A DNA stretch of 64,000 nucleotides. It comes from Candidatus Poribacteria bacterium. GTDB lineage: Bacteria > Poribacteria > WGA-4E > PCPOR2b. The stretch's first letter is position 1, and each line of letters starts with the position of its first letter. The stretch is taken from NCBI GenBank assembly GCA_965198175.1, contig OZ240245.1, forward strand, positions 2,365,382 through 2,429,381, read 5' to 3'. The position numbers and the translations under genes are program-made. Shown here piece by piece: positions 40,980 through 51,721 of the stretch. Below the pieces are notes generated by a model that was not told the origin of the DNA, ran no database searches, and was given only the letters and a program-made list of their open reading frames with translations.

Positions 40980-41852
40980 ATGCTGGGGACCAATGTGCTC
41001 AGTCAAAACCAAATTGATGAGTTTCGTACCAAAGGCTTTCTCCTCGGTGGATGCGTGGTGAGTGGCAAACAGGTTGACGTTCTGAGGGCGGAAATCGATC
41101 GCGTGCTTGTTAAACAAAATACTGACAAGCCCCAGCCGATCCGGCTTGTGAACCTGTCCCCTAATCCCGATAGCGTAACTTGGCAAATTACGAACATGTG
41201 GGAAGCTAGCGATCCTTTCTGTGAGCTCATATACAACCCCAAAATTGTCGGTGAGGTTGTCCAACTGACGGGGGCGCACCAATTGCGGGTCTGGCACGAT
41301 CAAATCCAGTATAAACTAGCGGAGCGAGGCGGCATCACCGGCTGGCATCAAGATTCGCCTTGTTGGCCCATCCTGACGCCGAAGACAAGCCAAGTGACGG
41401 CATGGGTTGCGCTGGACGATGTAGATACATCCAACGGTTGCATGAGTATGGTCGCAGGGGCATACCATTGGGGAGATCAGATCGATTTTTTGCACAGCAT
41501 ACAGGATTTCAATGCGATGCCGTCAACTTTCCAGGATCGCGACGTGCAGGTAGAGTTGTGTCCGGTACCGGCGGGACATGTTCACTATCATCACGGTTTG
41601 GCTTGGCACGGTTCTCACGCAAATACCAGCACCCGACCGCGTCGAGCGATTGCAATTCACTACATGACCGGTGAGACACGCTACGATTCCACCGGCAACC
41701 ACACGATGAAACCCTTTGTTGAAGTCGCCAATGGAGAGATATTGACAGGTAACCGCTTCCCGTTAGTTTCGGATGATGGCAATGTGATACGCCCGAAATT
41801 GCCGAAGTTTCTCGATTCATTAGGTATTCGGGAAATTAGATGTAGGTTTTAG
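40980..41852 (+). CDS. PhyH-family Fe(II)/2-oxoglutarate dioxygenase (second, divergent copy)
   Basis: WHQDSPCWP with H-x-D, distal HHGLAWHGSHAN. Same fold family as the upstream gene but low identity to it. Confidence 0.55.
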   Translation: MLGTNVLSQNQIDEFRTKGFLLGGCVVSGKQVDVLRAEIDRVLVKQNTDKPQPIRLVNLSPNPDSVTWQITNMWEASDPFCELIYNPKIVGEVVQLTGAHQLRVWHDQIQYKLAERGGITGWHQDSPCWPILTPKTSQVTAWVALDDVDTSNGCMSMVAGAYHWGDQIDFLHSIQDFNAMPSTFQDRDVQVELCPVPAGHVHYHHGLAWHGSHANTSTRPRRAIAIHYMTGETRYDSTGNHTMKPFVEVANGEILTGNRFPLVSDDGNVIRPKLPKFLDSLGIREIRCRF

Positions 41853-41861
41853 GAGTATTCA

Positions 41862-44059
41862 ATGAAGCAGCTGTTCAGCGTAGAGCATTTGATGAACCTC
41901 CAACGCCCAACAGATCGTGTACCAATGAATCTATCGCCAGACGGTCGTTTACTAGCTGTGAGCGTACAGGGAATACGGCGAAAAGCGGTAGATATACGAG
42001 AAGACGGATTTGGCGTAGACGGTGTTTACGAAGCAATGGATGGCAGCCATATATTTGTCATAGATACAATAACTGGAAAAGCTCAAGAGCCATTTCCGAC
42101 TTGAAAGCGTTAGTTGGGGCGGACAGTGGTCACCTGATGGAAGCCGTTTAGCAGCATACGTGCGACACAACGGATTAGTGTGTTTAGGAGTTTGGTCTCC
42201 GGAGACCGATACTTTCCAGTTGTTTCAGCAAGCATTGATACGGACCAAATACGGATTTGAAATCCCGCGATGGACTCCAGATAGCAGAAAGGTTATCGTG
42301 AAGTTATGCCCTGTGAGTGGCGCGTTCAAACCGCCCGCACCAGACCAAGCATTGCTTCCTAATCAACCACCTCCCGTTAGCGTCTTCTCGTTTGATTCCA
42401 CCCGTGAAGTCGATACCCGCCCGACAGGTGCTTGGCTATATGATGGCACATGCTGCGATCTTGGATGTATAGATGTCACTACAGGTGAGGTAACAAGATT
42501 GGTCTGCGATTGGCCTGTGTGGAACTGGCGGGTTGCACCCGATGGTAAAACAGTCGCCGCATTCAAGTTGGCAGAATATGATTCGCAAAGCTACCGGATG
42601 ACCTACGATTTGGTCGTTGTTCCACTAGATGGAACACCTCCACGGACAATTGCTAGCAAGATATATCACGGCGGGGGTGGATTTAACTGGTCTCCCAACA
42701 GTTAGCTTATTGCCATTACAATGGACGATGGGGACGACGACGGATCCCCCAAACAACTCTTTGTTGTACCCGCAGACGGTTCTGAGAGTCCCAGAGCTCT
42801 AATAGACGAGATGACGATTAAGATGGATGATTATCTTGGACCGCACTGGAGTGAAGACAACTCTTCCATATTTTGTTTAACGCGAGATCACGTATGGATA
42901 TTCAATGCTGACGGGAGCAATCAACGCCAAATGAATGTCGTTCTTCCCGGCTGGCGGGTGGTTTTTTGGATTCAGCCTCCGATGGATTCAATATTACGGT
43001 CGTCACCGGATGGTTCTCTTTTCGCTGTTGTTCGAAATGACGTCTGGGACGAAGCAGTGGTTCGCGTTTCTCTTGAAAGTGGCGAAGGGACAATCCTGAC
43101 AGAATTTACCAAGTCGTGTTGGGATCCATTTCAGACCGAAGTTGCCTCCGATTTTTCTGCATGTTACCTTGTGGCTGAATCGGCAGAACACCCCGCAGAA
43201 ATTTGGCGTGTCTCTCTTGATACACCCGTTCTCAACCGTCTCTTTTCACTCAATTCGGATTTAGAGGGCGTTGCGTTAGGTAAACCTCGCTTGATTGAGT
43301 GGCGGGCATTGGACAAACAAATGCGACGTGGTGCGCTGCTCTTGCCTCCAAACTACAGTGAAGGAGAGCGTATTCCGGTGATTGTCCATGTATATCGCGG
43401 TAATTTCTCGTCCTGGATTCACGACTTTGGCTTTGGTGGAGGACACTACGATAATGCGCAATTGCTAGCGAGTCAGGGCTACGCTGTGCTCTGGCCAGAT
43501 CTCCCGATTGATAGACGTAAAATGCAGGAAATACCCAAATTCGTCTTACCTGCTGTTAATCGGTTGATTGATTTAGACATCGCCGATCCCAATCGAATTG
43601 GACTGATGGGGCATAGTGACGGAGGGTACTGTGTGTTAGCACTTCTAGCCCAAACGGATTGTTTTCGAACAGCTGTCTGTTCTGCAGGTGTGGTCAATAT
43701 TACGAGTGATTACGGTACAATGAATGACAAAGGCGATAATTCTCATGGCTATGAACTAGGAAGCGAAATGGGCGGAACGTTATGGGAAAAACGGGATGCC
43801 TACATAGAAAATTCACCCTTGTTCTACCTTCACCGTGTAAAAACACCATTGCTATTTAGTACAGGGCACGGAGGATATATGGGGGGCAAACCAGGTCAAA
43901 GAAGCGTTTAGTGCATTGCGGCGCCTCGGGAAACCGGTGGAGTTGCGGTTATACCATGGGGAAGAACATTGGCCAGGTGCATGGTCTGAACGTAATTTTC
44001 GGGACGTATGTCACCGAGTCCTAGCCTGGTTTAACCAGTATCTTGGAGCGCCCCAGTGA
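41862..44059 (+). pseudogene. S9-family (prolyl oligopeptidase / dipeptidyl peptidase-like) serine peptidase disrupted by an in-frame TAG and at least two frameshifts
   Basis: The N-terminal beta-propeller (WSPDGR) and C-terminal alpha/beta hydrolase (GHSDGGY = GxSxG; ...VELRLYHGEEHW...) are spread over ORFs 41862..42104, 42160..42705 and 42721..43911 plus an unlisted frame 43893..44059. TAG at 42706..42708 is in frame. The last frameshift sits in a G6 homopolymer at ~43885. Confidence 0.5.
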
Positions 44060-44403
44060 AGAACATGTGGCCCAGTTGATGGCATTCAGTGTTGCTTGCA
44101 CATCGAGTTCAGAGGTGCAGAGAATTACGTCGAATCGGAAATTCCTGATTATCACCGGCTTTTATGCGGCAGGAATCTGTGCTTATTCTTAGAGATTCGC
44201 ATCGACAGTCAGATAGACTATGGGTAAAATTGAGATTTAAATCTGGGAACAACTAGCTTGAGGAACATATCGGCTGCCTTATCGGTTTTTTATCGAGTAA
44301 AGCTTAAAAGATAGGACGTTTCGGGCAAAACTACAAGAAGAAAGGAGGGAATCGCAAGTTTCTACCCATTTGAAAACACGGAATCCTCTGCGATGATTTT
44401 ATT

Positions 44404-44907
44404 GTGATTTTAGAGCGTTGGGTTGTATCGTTATCGAAATATACAAGGCTTACCCTAAAAATTGCTGACCGCCTGATTGATCGTATCAATCTTGAACCGA
44501 TTGAAGGTGAAAATGGGAACGTAGGGGTAAAAGCCGTATGGGTTGGCGAACCCGGTAAGATCATGATTGAATTAAACGCTCAGTCTTTGAAAGGGAGCAT
44601 TCAAACTGAGGGCAATCGCGCACCAACGATTGAGTATTGGCAAATAGGCGAGAGACGCGGATTTGCGTTAGGAAATCCCAAAAGCATTTCTTGTGAACTT
44701 GATGAGAAAACGCTACGAAACATTTTAACCCCTAAAGCTGCGGGGATTGCAATGGCTGCCGGCGCAGCGATTGGGTTGGTGAGCTGGTTTGCTACGGCAA
44801 TCGCTAGCCGGGTGACGTTAACTAAACAGGAAACGGGAAAGCCTGCGCCTCCGTTGCTCGACTCACAAAAGACCAGTACAGATGGTTTCATTGAAAGTGA
44901 AGGATAA
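44404..44907 (+). CDS. hypothetical protein with C-terminal TM segment
   Basis: ORF only. Hydrophobic stretch AAGIAMAAGAAIGLVSWFATAIA. Confidence 0.3.
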   Translation: MILERWVVSLSKYTRLTLKIADRLIDRINLEPIEGENGNVGVKAVWVGEPGKIMIELNAQSLKGSIQTEGNRAPTIEYWQIGERRGFALGNPKSISCELDEKTLRNILTPKAAGIAMAAGAAIGLVSWFATAIASRVTLTKQETGKPAPPLLDSQKTSTDGFIESEG

Positions 44908-45113
44908 AACTCACCGCCGTCAATTCATTTACTGTGTTTAACGCGCGTTGAAAAAGTGATAATTCAGTCTAATTCTGTATTCATTACGCACTAGAACAGA
45001 ATTGGTAAATTTCAGAAGACAGGAGAAGTGCAGACTCAGTATCATCCGTTACTACTAACGCGCGATGGTATCTCGCGTTACGATGAAGGCGTATTAGACG
45101 CCTTTCCTAGATT

Positions 45114-46034
45114 CTACCAATTGGGATCGTAGTCCCAGTCGACTTTCTGGTTTCCGTATCGCTTGTCATTAAACATCGTCTGATGACAATCGAGGCATCT
45201 GTCATACAGGTTCACGCCGTGAACCTCATGTGCAAGCTGAATCTCGGGTGTGTTGTGAACGTGACACGTCCGGCAGGTGTACGTTCCGTAGCTTACATCG
45301 GAGTGAATGTTGAGCTGTCTTTCATCGTTCCTGACAGAGTATCTCCGTCCGTTTCTTGGGTCGATTATCAGCCACTCATTACCCTTCTTTTTCATCGAAA
45401 TCACAGTATCTTCAGATATTGGAATCTCGCGAATATCAAATTCCCACTGCACATCTTCCGGAAGCCTGTCCTCCTTGTCAAACTCTTCTTGCAGGTGCAC
45501 ATCAAAACTGAATAACAGTGAATCCGTGGTATGACACCGCGCACAAGGAACATCGTGTAATTGCGTCAACGGAAAGAACTCGTCGTGATCGAGTTTCTCA
45601 CGACCGTGTACGATGATACCAACCATTAAGATTGGGGCAAGTGCGAGATGGACACGCAACAGAATCCGTCTTGCTCGACGCGCCGTTAGACTCACCGCGA
45701 TACCTGTTCCTAGGTTGAGCAATGCCAGGGTGAGTGTCAACCAAGAATGCCATGCAAGTGGGCGAACAGCGGAGTGAATAACAACGAGACACAAACCAAA
45801 AGACGCCAGCCTTTGATGATATTTCAACCAGATTTGCCGACTACCCCATCGAATCAGGCGTGTGCGCAGGATGTAACCGCTTGCAATCAGGATGGCAATT
45901 GCCCCAATGATGCTGAGTATATGCCGCACTTCGCCATAGCCCGATTCCCATAGCCCAAAGGGAGAGGATATCAACACGAATGCGACGACAACTGCTCCAG
46001 CAACACCGTAGGCAATTTGTATAAACTGGCTCAT
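45114..46034 (-). CDS. integral-membrane tri-heme c-type cytochrome, possibly with a b-heme-binding TM domain
   Basis: About 5 N-terminal TM helices carrying conserved His. The C-terminal soluble domain has three CxxCH motifs (CARCH, CRTCH, CLDCH). Confidence 0.5.
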   Translation of the reverse strand: MSQFIQIAYGVAGAVVVAFVLISSPFGLWESGYGEVRHILSIIGAIAILIASGYILRTRLIRWGSRQIWLKYHQRLASFGLCLVVIHSAVRPLAWHSWLTLTLALLNLGTGIAVSLTARRARRILLRVHLALAPILMVGIIVHGREKLDHDEFFPLTQLHDVPCARCHTTDSLLFSFDVHLQEEFDKEDRLPEDVQWEFDIREIPISEDTVISMKKKGNEWLIIDPRNGRRYSVRNDERQLNIHSDVSYGTYTCRTCHVHNTPEIQLAHEVHGVNLYDRCLDCHQTMFNDKRYGNQKVDWDYDPNW

Positions 46035-46153
46035 AATGTGGGATAGTTCATTTTCCCGAAACGTTGGCTGGTGATGAATGTATAATTGTTAGTCCATATA
46101 TTTTGAATACGCTAGTTCTTGGCTCAAGTCGGTTGGCACAGCCTTTAATTTCT

Positions 46154-47092
46154 TCAAATGCTCTTATCAGAGGTTGCAGGAAGCGTCACATCTATAAATA
46201 GGTCTTCCAACCAACGTTCAGTTTTTTGAAAACGCAAAATCGTCGCGCCTGCATGAATCAAATCTTTGAGCAGATTCGCGATTTCTGTGTCTGTGATCTG
46301 TGATTCAATCAAAATTTTTGCCTCTGTTACCTCAAACGACGTCAAATTCGATCTGCTTTTCAAGAGGGCTTCTGCTTTATCAATGCCCTCTATCACATCA
46401 ATTTCGATCCGATGGCTTTGTGTAATTTGACCGGCGATGTCCGTGACATCACCATACAGGGCGAAACTACCTTTATCCAGAATTCCCAGCCGGTTACAGG
46501 TAGTCACTACGTCTGTGAGCCGATTGGTACCTAAAATCACCGTTTTTCCCATCGCACCAAGTTCATTGATTAATGCCTGCATCTCGATCTGCCCTCGTGC
46601 ATCTAATGCTGAGAGCGTCTCATCCAGAAACCAGATCGGTGGATCGTGCAAGAAGGTCTTGGCAAGACAAAGCCTTCGTTTCTGGCCCAGAGAGAGCTGT
46701 TCGATTTTCTGATCGCGTAGGGCGGTCAAATCCATCAGCTCGAGGACATCTTTCATGCCCGCCGCACGCAGCGCCCGGTCTATTTTGTATGCAGATGCGA
46801 AAAAATCAAGATACTCCCAAACAGAGAGAGCCGGATAACCGTCAAAGGTTTGAGGCACGTACCCAATGAGCGGGCGGACTCTATTAAGGTTGGCAAATGC
46901 ATCATAGCCAGCAATTTCGACAACGCCAGACGTGGGTTTGACAAGCGTCGCAAGAATTTTCAGCAGAAGTGTTTTGCCGGAACCATTTAAGCCTAGCAGA
47001 GCAAATCGATCGCCTGCGGCGAGATCCCAGGAGAGGTTGGTAAGAATCTGTCTTTGTTGAATAGATTTGCATAATTCTTGAACACGAATCAT
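46154..47092 (-). CDS. ABC transporter ATP-binding protein
   Basis: Walker A GLNGSGKT, signature LSLGQKRR, Walker B IWFLDE. No canonical permease gene adjacent. Confidence 0.8.
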   Translation of the reverse strand: MIRVQELCKSIQQRQILTNLSWDLAAGDRFALLGLNGSGKTLLLKILATLVKPTSGVVEIAGYDAFANLNRVRPLIGYVPQTFDGYPALSVWEYLDFFASAYKIDRALRAAGMKDVLELMDLTALRDQKIEQLSLGQKRRLCLAKTFLHDPPIWFLDETLSALDARGQIEMQALINELGAMGKTVILGTNRLTDVVTTCNRLGILDKGSFALYGDVTDIAGQITQSHRIEIDVIEGIDKAEALLKSRSNLTSFEVTEAKILIESQITDTEIANLLKDLIHAGATILRFQKTERWLEDLFIDVTLPATSDKSI

Positions 47093-47201
47093 GACTTGTC
47101 AATCCTCGAAATTTTAGCAAAGAATATCCGCAAGGTTGATTAAATTATAGCATGTGAATCTAAGTTTCAAAACAAGTCTTTCCGCCCATCATTCAGAAAC
47201 A

Positions 47202-48311
47202 TCAAGCTTTTGATTGGCTTGCATTGACGTTTAGTAACTGCGCGTGAATGGGCTTCCAGTCACTGCGACGATTGCTGATGAGAATCAACCGATCTGTCGG
47301 CTGAATCTCGAAGTCAGGCGGCGGATTAATCCAGTGCTTACTGCTTCGGATAACCCCGACTAATATGACCTGCGCACCCAATTTCATGAGTAGAGATTGC
47401 AGTTCATTAAAGTGAAATCCCTCGACCTCAATAGTTTCAGTATACAATTCACTCCCTTCAGCCTGCGTCAACAGCTCGGCAATGGCGTGAGACAGTCCAT
47501 GATCTCGGACTTCCTGCGCTAATACTTTAGCAGCGATGTTACGTGTGGGAATGACTGCATCACAATTGAAAGCTCGAAACAGCGGTAGATGTCCGATACT
47601 ACTGCACTCAACAATTGTCCTGACCTTGGGATTGAGGGTCTCAATGAGGGAAACAATCGAAGATGTAATTGCATCTGCAGCATGTTCATCGGTTTTCGGC
47701 GTAAGAATCAGCGACGCATAAGCTCTTGCAACATTTGCTCTATTCAGGGATTCATCTTGCAATGGCGATCCTCGGACAAAATAGACATTCGGATTGTTGA
47801 AAGGGATTTCCTCAATATTGTCTGCCAGGATGACAAGAGATCGATCGGATGTAACTGGGTCTGATGCAAGCTGATCTATGATTGCGGCGACCTTCAATTC
47901 GGATGGAAAATTCACAATAACGATATGGTCATCAACAAGATCCCGGCAATCAATGAGTCCGTAACGGCGATTGTTCTGTCCTTCGACGGCAATATCCACG
48001 ATCTGGGTGATAACGTACGGGAAGCAAGCTAACCCAACCAGATATAGCAGAACCATTGTGCCGATACGCCCACCTACGGTCGTTGCAGAGTAATCCCCGT
48101 ATCCGACTGTTGTGATTGTCGTAAAACTCATCCAGACAGAATCCCAAAGTGTCAACTGAAGGTGTGCTTTTCGCTCAAAGAGATAAAAACATACTGAATT
48201 GAGAATGATACAAAGTAAAGCTAGACCGAGTACTCCTGCAATCCGTCGGATATGACGATTGTGATATGCACGACGAAGGCGACGGCAGTATCGAAGAGTA
48301 AGAGTAAGCAT
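47202..48311 (-). CDS. potassium channel (2TM/P-loop) with cytoplasmic RCK/TrkA-like domain
   Basis: Selectivity filter TTVGYGD. Followed by a Rossmann-like RCK region (IVIVNFPSE...). Confidence 0.7.
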   Translation of the reverse strand: MLTLTLRYCRRLRRAYHNRHIRRIAGVLGLALLCIILNSVCFYLFERKAHLQLTLWDSVWMSFTTITTVGYGDYSATTVGGRIGTMVLLYLVGLACFPYVITQIVDIAVEGQNNRRYGLIDCRDLVDDHIVIVNFPSELKVAAIIDQLASDPVTSDRSLVILADNIEEIPFNNPNVYFVRGSPLQDESLNRANVARAYASLILTPKTDEHAADAITSSIVSLIETLNPKVRTIVECSSIGHLPLFRAFNCDAVIPTRNIAAKVLAQEVRDHGLSHAIAELLTQAEGSELYTETIEVEGFHFNELQSLLMKLGAQVILVGVIRSSKHWINPPPDFEIQPTDRLILISNRRSDWKPIHAQLLNVNASQSKA

Positions 48312-48608
48312 CGTTTCTCCTTTTCACAGTAATTGAATTATCAGTTGGTTATTGTACCATAGAAGCAAACCCTATCAAAACAAAAATTTCGCATTAGATT
48401 TCCGCCTAATTGATGTGAAATAGTTGAACATAATGGGCTTTGACGGCACATCCATGCTTTCTGGGCAGTTTAAGTTTACTTCATTTGCACGTTAACACAA
48501 TTGACTGATACAACTCTTGCAATTTCTCTTTATATTTGTGATCATCTATAGTAGAATATATGACGTGACTTTTCAGTCTTCAGCCTTTAATACGAAAAGG
48601 GACAAGTT

Positions 48609-50285
48609 ATGCCCAAAATGACTGGCTCCAGGTATATTGCGGAGACACTGAAGGGCTATGGTGTTACCACAATCTTCTTCGTACCTGCCATTTTGAGAGG
48701 TGTCCTTGTAGAAGCGGAAATATTGGGAATAAAGCGCGTGCTCTGCCATTCCGAGAAAGCTGCGGCATACATGGCAGACGGCTATGCCCGAGCATCGCAT
48801 GGTCCCGGGATCGCCATGGCACAGTCTGTGGGCGCTGCTAATCTCGCCGCAGGATTGCAAGATGCCTATCTCGCTTTGTCACCGGTGCTGGCTATTACCG
48901 GTCGGTTGCCAGCGGTCTATCGGTACCGCCATGCATACCAAGAAATCGATCATTGGCCACTCTATGAACCTGTCACCAAGTATAACGCTTTCATTGATGC
49001 GGTCGACCAGTTGCCTGTAATGTTGCGCCAGGCTTTTCGAGAAGCAACATCCGGCGCACCAGGTCCGGTTCACTTGGAATTGCTAGGATTTCAAGGTGAA
49101 ATGGTTGCCGATTGTGAAGCCGACTTAGAAGTGATTATTGAGGAGTCTTTCAGGCAGTATCCGGCATTTCGCTCCGAACCTGCAGCGGAACTGGTGGACC
49201 AGGCAGCTAAACTCATCGCTCAGGCGCAACGGCCCGTCTTGGTTGCCGGTGGAGGGGTCGCTGCTTCTAAAGCGGGGGCAGAGATTATTAAGCTTGCAGA
49301 GATGCTCTCTATGCCCGTGGCGACTTCTCTAAACGCCAAGGGGAGTATCCCCGAAAATCACCCTTTATCTGTAGGAGTCGTCGGTGCTTACTCCCGTTCG
49401 TGCGCCAACCAGATAGTCTCTGAGGCCGATGTAGTACTTTTTGTGGGAAGTCATACCGGCGGACAAGTCACCCACTTCTGGCAAGTGCCTAGGCACGGTA
49501 CTGCGGTCATTCAGATTGACATAGATCCCTCAGCAATTGGGCGAAATTACCCGACACAAGTGGCACTGCTTGGGGATGCCAAGGTGAGTATACAGCGTCT
49601 CATTGAGGCTCTTGAACCCAAGACTGTGGACGCCCGGTGGACTGCCCGAGTGAGTGAGTTGGTCGCGCAGTGGCGAAAGGAACTTAAACCGTTATTCGAC
49701 TCAGACGCATCACCCATTAGGCCCGAGCGGCTATGTAAAGAAATATGCGATTTCCTTCCGTCCGATGCTGTTCTGGTTTCGGACACAGGACACGCCGGCA
49801 TCTGGACAGGAGCGATGGTCGACCTCAAGACTCCAGACCAGCGCTATCTGCGATGTGCAGGCTCCTTGGGCTGGGGGTTTCCGGCAGCTTTGGGTGCCAA
49901 GTGCGCTGTTCCTGATAGACCTGTAATCTGCTTCACAGGAGATGGCGGCTTCTGGTACCACCTCAGCGAGTTGGAGACAGCCCTTCGCTGTGGCATCAAC
50001 ACTGTAACAGTGATCAACAACAACCATTCGCTTAATCAGGACAAGGCGGGTGTAGACCGCGCTTATGGCGGCGTGACTGCCGGTAACCGCGAAGAGATTT
50101 GGGTCTTTCAGGACGTAGATTTCTCGCAAATTGCCCAGTCCATGGGATGTTTTGGGGTTCGGGTGGAACGCCCGGGGGATATTCAGAACGCCTTGGAACA
50201 GGCATTGGCTTCAGGCAAACCAGCGGTCGTGGATATAGCAAGCGATATCAACGCTTTCGCGCCGTTGCCACATGTTCCAGATTAA
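48609..50285 (+). CDS. thiamine-pyrophosphate enzyme (acetolactate synthase large-subunit-like)
   Basis: Three-domain TPP enzyme layout with the TPP motif GDGGFWY...NNN. Confidence 0.7.
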   Translation: MPKMTGSRYIAETLKGYGVTTIFFVPAILRGVLVEAEILGIKRVLCHSEKAAAYMADGYARASHGPGIAMAQSVGAANLAAGLQDAYLALSPVLAITGRLPAVYRYRHAYQEIDHWPLYEPVTKYNAFIDAVDQLPVMLRQAFREATSGAPGPVHLELLGFQGEMVADCEADLEVIIEESFRQYPAFRSEPAAELVDQAAKLIAQAQRPVLVAGGGVAASKAGAEIIKLAEMLSMPVATSLNAKGSIPENHPLSVGVVGAYSRSCANQIVSEADVVLFVGSHTGGQVTHFWQVPRHGTAVIQIDIDPSAIGRNYPTQVALLGDAKVSIQRLIEALEPKTVDARWTARVSELVAQWRKELKPLFDSDASPIRPERLCKEICDFLPSDAVLVSDTGHAGIWTGAMVDLKTPDQRYLRCAGSLGWGFPAALGAKCAVPDRPVICFTGDGGFWYHLSELETALRCGINTVTVINNNHSLNQDKAGVDRAYGGVTAGNREEIWVFQDVDFSQIAQSMGCFGVRVERPGDIQNALEQALASGKPAVVDIASDINAFAPLPHVPD

Positions 50286-50395
50286 TTTACCGGGTGGAGG
50301 ATTAGCCAAATAGATTCGGCGGTATGCTCGTTATCGTCTTACAAGGAAAGAGATAAGTCAGTCTAAGATTATCTCATTGTCCACGAAATCTGAAA

Positions 50396-51721
50396 ATGTG
50401 CAACTCTGAAATCCTGTCACAAATACCATCCCAAGTCCTAGCTGTGCTGCAAGAGATTGGGCAACTTGCGAATGAAGCATGCCTACCCGCCTACGTCGTT
50501 GGCGGCTTGGTCCGTGATTTTCTGCTCAATCGTGAGAATTTGGATTTTGATGTCGTCGTAGAAGGGGATGTCATCAGCTTAGCTCACCGTCTTTCCAAAA
50601 GGTGGGATAGCAAGATGCGGGTTCATCACAGCTTTGGTACAGGGACGCTGATACGCAGTGATGGGCTCAAAATCGATTTTGTCAGTGCACGATGCGAAAC
50701 TTATGTGCGCCCCGGAGCGTTACCCTTAGTTAAGTTCGGAACGATTGTGGACGATCTCCACCGCCGCGACTTTTCGATTAATGCACTCGCTATGTCACTT
50801 AATCCGGACGACTTTGGAGAGCTTGTCGATTGTACGAACGGGTTACGGGATTTACAGACTGGACTCATTCGCGCTCTACATGATCGGAGTTTCATTGATG
50901 ATCCAACCCGCATCTTCCGCGCGATTCGGTACGAGGGGCGTTACCACTTTAAAATCGTTGACAGCGATCAAAAACGCATTCGTGATGCGATTAACGAAGG
51001 GATTTTAGATTTAATCAGTGGTCAGCGCATACGAAACGAAATCGACCGCATCCTATCGGAAGAATCTGCGCCGAAGATGATTCAGCGGATGTGCGAATTT
51101 AATCTTTTTCGTGGAATCCACCCAGAGTGGGAACTTCGGCAGGACTTTGACGCACGCTGGGATACTGCCCGTCAAGCCATCAATTGGGCAAAAAAGCATC
51201 TACCGAATGACTCGATTGATACAAGGTCGCTATTTTGGATAGCACTGTTGACTGACCTCTTCTCGGTGCCGAGAGAGGTTCAGTCAGGAGAGGAAAAACT
51301 AAGGTTCGCCGAAGCAATCGAATCCGTGAAAGATCGATTATCGTTGGAAAACCGATTACGCAAAAAGCTGATCGGTAAGAGACAATTGGGCGACGCTTTA
51401 GCCACGTTATCGGAAAATTCTAGACCGAGCGAGGTTTATAGACTGTTGAAATCGTATCCGTTAGAGGCGTTGGTCTTCTCGATTGTAGAGCCGGATCAAC
51501 CTCAATGGCGTGCGGAAAAGATTAAGAATTTTTTGACAGATTTGAGGTCCGCCCTGCCGTTGATCGACGGAACAGATCTTATCCAACTAGACTTGAATCC
51601 GGGGCCAACATTTGCGGAGATACTGTGGACGACATTTGCAGCGCAGTTAGATGGAAAAATACAAAGCAAACCGGAGGCTTACAAATTTTTAGGACGAATT
51701 CATGAGACTCGATCCAGTTGA
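50396..51721 (+). CDS. CCA tRNA nucleotidyltransferase / poly(A) polymerase family protein
   Basis: Class II nucleotidyltransferase head VVGGLVRDFLL...DFDVVV, with RxxRF motif (RIFRAIRYE). Confidence 0.65.
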   Translation: MCNSEILSQIPSQVLAVLQEIGQLANEACLPAYVVGGLVRDFLLNRENLDFDVVVEGDVISLAHRLSKRWDSKMRVHHSFGTGTLIRSDGLKIDFVSARCETYVRPGALPLVKFGTIVDDLHRRDFSINALAMSLNPDDFGELVDCTNGLRDLQTGLIRALHDRSFIDDPTRIFRAIRYEGRYHFKIVDSDQKRIRDAINEGILDLISGQRIRNEIDRILSEESAPKMIQRMCEFNLFRGIHPEWELRQDFDARWDTARQAINWAKKHLPNDSIDTRSLFWIALLTDLFSVPREVQSGEEKLRFAEAIESVKDRLSLENRLRKKLIGKRQLGDALATLSENSRPSEVYRLLKSYPLEALVFSIVEPDQPQWRAEKIKNFLTDLRSALPLIDGTDLIQLDLNPGPTFAEILWTTFAAQLDGKIQSKPEAYKFLGRIHETRSS

